Assembly: GCA_902492505.1 (NCBI GenBank)
Contig: CABULU010000003.1
Coordinates: 3,710-67,709, forward strand
DNA: 64,000 nucleotides
Origin: an uncultured Eubacteriales bacterium
GTDB lineage: Bacteria > Bacillota > Clostridia > Oscillospirales > QAKW01
Direction: 5' to 3'
Of the stretch, positions 59,540 to 64,000 are shown in pieces. The position numbers and the translations under genes are program-made. The stretch's first letter is position 1. Each line of letters opens with the position of its first letter. The notes below the pieces were generated by a model. It saw only the letters and a list, made by a program, of their open reading frames with translations. It ran no database searches and was not told the DNA's origin.

Positions 59540-60607
59540 TTAATTGTATTTTTGCAGGATATCGTAAGCGATTTGCTTATATTTGTCTCCGGTATTATCC
59601 TGTACATCTTCATATGCTTTTTGGAATATAGGACCTATATAATAACCATTATAATTCTCAAAATCAGAAAGTCTAAGCGCTAAAATAAAAGTACGTTCCT
59701 CCAAATTCTTTTGAGAAAAATCCATATATCTGTGCTGTCCAATAGCTGCAAAATATGTTTTATCAGTAAGTTGAACTATTGTACCGCCAAACGCTACGGG
59801 AATAATATCTCCTACAGCAAAATCACCGCCAGAAGTATACAACTTATCCACCTTAAAGTTATATCTTGTAAAACTATTATAACAATGATAGTCAAAGTCA
59901 GGATAAGTTCCGAACCCTATTTTTTCATAATTTGATACAGATGTACCGTATTCCGGCTGAAAACTACCTCTCACTATTACATATTCGTCTTTTGCCATGG
60001 ACTCCTCTATCTCATCTAAATTCTGAAAGTTCTTATCATACATAACATTCGGAATCATAGTAAAATCAGCAAAATAATCTCGCTGTCTGTCCTCCGCCAT
60101 ATCTGCCCATGCTTTGTCGCGAATTCCCTTTGTTATCGGAAACTCTATTGTAAATTTATTCTTCTTTGCCGAATACTTAATCTGTCCATTTTCTTCGTTA
60201 GCATCGACATATCCCCATACATAAGGCATATACTGTTCCAGTTCGATCTGAGAATCCTGAGGCATCTCATTTAAATTCTGATCTTCATGCGAAATTTCAG
60301 TATTTTTAATGGTATCATTATTAGTTTTTACTGATTCCTGCTTAGATAGCAGATCATCCTCTTTGTTAATCAATGCGCTATTATCAGGTGATTCCTGTTT
60401 TGTATCAGGCTCCTCCGTGTCATCATCTTTTACTGTGTTCTCTTTTTCAGTATCGGCATTATTTTCAGCTTCTTTTGTTTCTGCATTTTCCGATGTTTCC
60501 GGCGCGGCGCCGGGCGCAACCGATACATCGCCTTGCGGCTTTCGCTTGCATGATGACAACGATATCATCATGACTGCTATTATCAATAATGCTATTTTGC
60601 GTTTCAT
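59540..60607 (-). CDS. hypothetical lipoprotein with a long acidic low-complexity linker
   Basis: 355 aa. Signal peptide plus lipobox LSSC. About 90 aa of E/D/T/N-rich linker, then a C-terminal domain of about 230 aa with no recognised motif. Low-GC gene. Confidence 0.55.
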   Translation of the reverse strand: MKRKIALLIIAVMMISLSSCKRKPQGDVSVAPGAAPETSENAETKEAENNADTEKENTVKDDDTEEPDTKQESPDNSALINKEDDLLSKQESVKTNNDTIKNTEISHEDQNLNEMPQDSQIELEQYMPYVWGYVDANEENGQIKYSAKKNKFTIEFPITKGIRDKAWADMAEDRQRDYFADFTMIPNVMYDKNFQNLDEIEESMAKDEYVIVRGSFQPEYGTSVSNYEKIGFGTYPDFDYHCYNSFTRYNFKVDKLYTSGGDFAVGDIIPVAFGGTIVQLTDKTYFAAIGQHRYMDFSQKNLEERTFILALRLSDFENYNGYYIGPIFQKAYEDVQDNTGDKYKQIAYDILQKYN

Positions 60608-60622
60608 TTTCTTTTCCTCCTT

Positions 60623-62299
60623 TTAATATTGCTTTTTAGCAAGTCTAAATCTATCATATTCTGCGATTTTATTTCCTGACGTCGACGAGTAATTCAAATT
60701 AAAATCAGGGAAGAAATAAAAATCTTCTATATTAAGCATTGACTCTACTCTTTCATCGACAGCTGTGTGAGGCATTTTCAGACAATGACCTATTTCGTGA
60801 GCAATAACTTTAACAAGTTCATCATTAGTAAGTGATTCTACTTTAGGCTTTACAATACATAATTCTACTCGTTGCCAATCTCTATAGTTGACATTAGCAT
60901 TATCTATTAAAGATATTCCATTTTTATCATACGGCAGTGCATAAGCATATGCATCAGAAAACAAATCATCTTGTGCCTGCTTGGCATCTACCATTTTTAT
61001 GATAAACTTAGTCTCATTGCTGTCATGCTCAAGCTTAAATTCGTAATCTGAAATGGAATCAGTCGAATTTTTCCCTGCACAAATATTCCAATACTCAAAA
61101 GCTCTCCGTACCGCTGCATTTGGAACACTACCACTAACTTTATATTTCACTGTCTTATTTTGACTGACATCTGAATAACAATAATACATCGAACCATCCC
61201 AATATTTAGGGCATATCTGCCAATCATTCATAGGATTGGGAAGCCTTCTATTCATAATAATTCTGTTGTTCCCATCAATACTAAGTAGGTTATAAAAGCC
61301 ACTGCTACGAACTCCCAACAACATATTTAAACTATCAGGGTAATTAACACTCCATGGTATAGTTGCAAATTCTGCTCTTGTGGATTTGCTGATTACATCT
61401 TTAACTCTTGCATAAGACCAGTTAGATGTATCACTATCAAGTTCAACAAATTTCTTAGCAAACTGTGAATATAACTTATAAGTCACTGGATTATTACCAG
61501 TACGAACAAAACAAAACTCTTGTTCTGGGCTCCCATTAAATGTTTCAGCCGTAAGAATAGTACCGTCAGCAACCGATGATACAGTTAATGCTTGCTTTGA
61601 ATAACCATTGATGATATACACTGCACTATCTTGATTATCCTTATATATATCATCATAACTTTTTATCTGATCTTTAAAATAAAAATATGGTACAAAAGTT
61701 TCTTCTCTATAATTTCCCCAAGGCGTGATATAATTGCCCCATACCCAGCCTCTGACATACTTTAAAACCCCTCCGTCATCTATCATATGCTGGATAAACC
61801 CATATCGGTTAGTATGCTTGAATAAAAGCGTACTTGTAGTATGGTCTACATCAACTGTTGACCAGCGCAGAAAATACGTTGCGTCTCCCGGACCGTAACA
61901 GACATTCTGGATTCGCGGCTTTCCCTCAGGAATCACGTACAGACCGGGCCACATTGTATCGAAATTACTCCAGGAATAACCCGAACAGCTTATATCTCCA
62001 ACCGGCACATAACCACAATAATACGTACCATTGTACTGATATGCAATATAAAAATAATCATTTTCCCGTTCAAGAACATATACGGTTTTTCCCGGAGAAA
62101 TATAAATGTTATTCCCGTTTATCTTATAGAAATATACAGGACAGTTGCTATCGGAAAAATAAGGGGCCCCGCGAAGATAAACACCGTTCACAACAGTACC
62201 GTTAACAATATTGTAACCGACAAACTGTGATGACAAATCGGCTATGCTTGCATTTGCCACGCCCACAATTGGAACAGATGTAAACGCAATTACAAACAC
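60623..62299 (-). CDS. secreted multidomain protein: SH3b-like, unknown domain, ricin-B-like lectin, C-terminal metzincin-type Zn metalloprotease; true start probably upstream (to 62341)
   Basis: 558 aa from a GTG. HEIGHCLKMPH has the HExxHxxxxxH spacing of metzincins. QEFCFV and DWQICP resemble QxW repeats of beta-trefoil lectins. The N-terminal YLRGAPYFS...YVLERENDYFYIAY is SH3b-like. The in-frame upstream sequence encodes the n-region of a signal peptide (HKKFKKIILIFL). Confidence 0.65.
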   Translation of the reverse strand: MFVIAFTSVPIVGVANASIADLSSQFVGYNIVNGTVVNGVYLRGAPYFSDSNCPVYFYKINGNNIYISPGKTVYVLERENDYFYIAYQYNGTYYCGYVPVGDISCSGYSWSNFDTMWPGLYVIPEGKPRIQNVCYGPGDATYFLRWSTVDVDHTTSTLLFKHTNRYGFIQHMIDDGGVLKYVRGWVWGNYITPWGNYREETFVPYFYFKDQIKSYDDIYKDNQDSAVYIINGYSKQALTVSSVADGTILTAETFNGSPEQEFCFVRTGNNPVTYKLYSQFAKKFVELDSDTSNWSYARVKDVISKSTRAEFATIPWSVNYPDSLNMLLGVRSSGFYNLLSIDGNNRIIMNRRLPNPMNDWQICPKYWDGSMYYCYSDVSQNKTVKYKVSGSVPNAAVRRAFEYWNICAGKNSTDSISDYEFKLEHDSNETKFIIKMVDAKQAQDDLFSDAYAYALPYDKNGISLIDNANVNYRDWQRVELCIVKPKVESLTNDELVKVIAHEIGHCLKMPHTAVDERVESMLNIEDFYFFPDFNLNYSSTSGNKIAEYDRFRLAKKQY

Positions 62300-62610
62300 A
62301 AGAAAAATTAAAATGATTTTTTTGAATTTTTTATGAAAAATTAAACATCCTCCTATTTTGCACAGCGCATCACAAAATTTACGCTGTGCGTAAATTCATG
62401 TGTACTATGAAAGGTACGGACTTATGCCTTAAATCATAAAACCATTTTAATAACATCCCCGTTCAATATTTTCGGGTTTATCTATATTTGTAATTATAGC
62501 AGGAAAATGTTGCATTTTCTGAAAAAAATATCAAATTTGGTTATATTAACAAATTTACATGATTATTTACGCAATACACACCAAATTATTTAGACATATT
62601 AACCAAAAAT

Positions 62611-62637
62611 ATACCCGTCGATTAATTCGACGGGTAT
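62611..62637 (-). terminator. rho-independent terminator after hppA
   Basis: Minus strand ATACCCGTCGA-ATTAA-TCGACGGGTAT followed by ATTTTTGG. Confidence 0.8.
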
Positions 62638-62660
62638 ATATATTTATTTCTACTTAGAAT

Positions 62661-64000
62661 TTACAGGATACTGAAGTTAATTACAAGAGCCGCAAAAACA
62701 ATTGATACCATTGACAAAAGCTTAATCAGAATATTAATTGACGGTCCTGATGTATCCTTAAACGGATCTCCGACCGTGTCACCGACAACAGCCGCCTTAT
62801 GCTGTTCACTGCCCTTGCCTCCGTGAACTCCGCTTTCGATATACTTTTTGGCATTATCCCAAGCGCCGCCGGAATTTGACATGAAAATTGCCATCAAAAA
62901 TCCCGAAGCGGTAGCTCCTGCCAGCAAACCAACAACACCGTTTACGCCGAGTATAAGACCGCATGCCACCGGGCAGATAATTGCTACAACGGTAGGCAAC
63001 ACCATCTCTTTAAGGCTTGCCTTTGTACAAAGGTCAACACATTTGGCATAATCTGCCTCAGCCTTACCCTCCATAAGACCTTTAATTTCCTTAAACTGCC
63101 TGCGCACCTCAACTACTACCGACTGCGCAGCCTTTCCCACGGACTCCATAGTCAGAGCTGCAAAAACAAACGGAAGACAGGCGCCGATAAACAGACCTAT
63201 AAGCACGGCAGGATTCATAATGCTCAGGTCAAACGCAAAGTCAGGATTAATAGCCTTCACCTTGTCAATGTATGATGCCATAAGTGCCAAAGCCGTCAGC
63301 GCCGCTGAACCGATTGCAAAGCCTTTGCCGGTAGCGGCTGTTGTGTTACCGAGTGAGTCAAGCGCGTCAGTGCGCTCACGTACCTCATGCTCAAGACCTG
63401 CCATTTCGGCAATTCCGCCCGCGTTATCCGCAACAGGACCGTACGCATCAGTCGCAAGTGTAATACCGAGCGTAGATAACATACCGACAGCAGCAAGCGC
63501 TATGCCATAAAGACCAAGACCTGAATCAGAAGCGCCACCGGACACAAAATATGAGACTAAAACACAAACTGAAATAATTATTATGGGAAGTACAGTTGAC
63601 ATCATGCCCAAAGACAAACCACCTATAATAATGGTGGCAGATCCTGTCTCGGAGGTCGACGCCAGCTTTTTGGTAGGTCTGTATGAATCAGATGTGAAGT
63701 ATTCGGTCGATTGCCCTATAAGCACACCGGCAACAAGTCCGGCAAGTATGGAAAAATAAAGACCGATATGTGAAAAATCACCTATACCGTCACCCAAAAT
63801 TACATTTACAAGAGGCAACGCTACGACAGCAATTACAACGGCTGAAAAGTTAGTGCCGCGACTCAGCGCACGTAAAAGAGCCTTCTGGTCGGCATTTTCC
63901 TTAGTTTTGACAAAAACCGTACCAATTATAGAACATATAATTCCGATTGCCGCCATCAACATCGGCAGCGCCATCGCGTTTAATGTGCCGAACGCCGCAA
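62661..64000 (-). CDS. hppA: membrane-bound pyrophosphate-energised ion pump (H+/Na+-PPase), C-terminal about 445 codons; gene continues past the window end
   Basis: GDTVGDPFKDTSGPSINILIKL and DNAGGIAEM motifs. The ORF stays open to position 64000, so the ORF-track start at 63974 is an internal Met. Confidence 0.9.
   Translation of the reverse strand, partial: AAFGTLNAMALPMLMAAIGIICSIIGTVFVKTKENADQKALLRALSRGTNFSAVVIAVVALPLVNVILGDGIGDFSHIGLYFSILAGLVAGVLIGQSTEYFTSDSYRPTKKLASTSETGSATIIIGGLSLGMMSTVLPIIIISVCVLVSYFVSGGASDSGLGLYGIALAAVGMLSTLGITLATDAYGPVADNAGGIAEMAGLEHEVRERTDALDSLGNTTAATGKGFAIGSAALTALALMASYIDKVKAINPDFAFDLSIMNPAVLIGLFIGACLPFVFAALTMESVGKAAQSVVVEVRRQFKEIKGLMEGKAEADYAKCVDLCTKASLKEMVLPTVVAIICPVACGLILGVNGVVGLLAGATASGFLMAIFMSNSGGAWDNAKKYIESGVHGGKGSEQHKAAVVGDTVGDPFKDTSGPSINILIKLLSMVSIVFAALVINFSIL

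Noticed and set aside
1-64000. Looked across the whole window for CRISPR arrays, IS/transposase or integrase genes, prophage genes, long tandem or inverted repeats, rRNA genes and known defence-system domains
   Set aside because: None was found by eye or in the ORF translations. The only compositional anomaly is the 59.5-62.7 kb low-GC segment, reported as a finding.

Overview
This 64 kb window looks like core chromosome from a spore-forming, S-layer-bearing Clostridia-class Firmicute. Supporting genes are gpr-spoIIP, ytfI/ytfJ, scpAB, lon-engB and an SLH-domain protein. It is almost fully coding and mostly on the minus strand. All calls come from reading the supplied ORF translations and the DNA by eye. 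No searches, folding programs or statistics were run, and the few GC values are hand counts of single 60-nt lines. Main content, left to right: (1) a hydrogenase-like Fe-S protein in an operon with a SpoIIAB-type ATPase and DRTGG proteins; (2) serA and ackA; (3) a large secreted GHL10/amidase fusion with two lipoproteins; (4) a housekeeping block of rluB, a D-Ala-D-Ala carboxypeptidase, ytfJ, scpAB, an S2P-family protease, engB and lon; (5) a nucleoside hydrolase coupled to a ribokinase::AraC-HTH fusion; (6) a MazF toxin with no visible antitoxin beside tRNA-Gly(GCC); (7) thiI and nifS; (8) spoIIP and gpr; (9) tcdA-trmB preceded by an unclassified structured RNA of about 180 nt; (10) htpG with a CIRCE operator; (11) a 12-gene, 15.6 kb purine/one-carbon operon (purE-C-F-M-N, IMP cyclohydrolase, purB-H, glyA, purD-L, fhs) behind a consensus promoter and what I read as a ZTP (pfl) riboswitch with a terminator; (12) pcrA; (13) an AraC-controlled oxidoreductase and short GH42-like module; (14) a low-GC two-gene insert encoding an acidic lipoprotein and a secreted SH3b-ricin-metzincin protein; (15) the 3' part of hppA. 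I found no CRISPR array, IS element, integrase, prophage or recognisable defence system, and no clear-cut novel multi-gene system. The most promising leads are the unclassified RNA at 29.6 kb, the ribokinase-AraC fusion, the antitoxin-less mazF, the hydrogenase-like sensor cluster and the low-GC metzincin insert.
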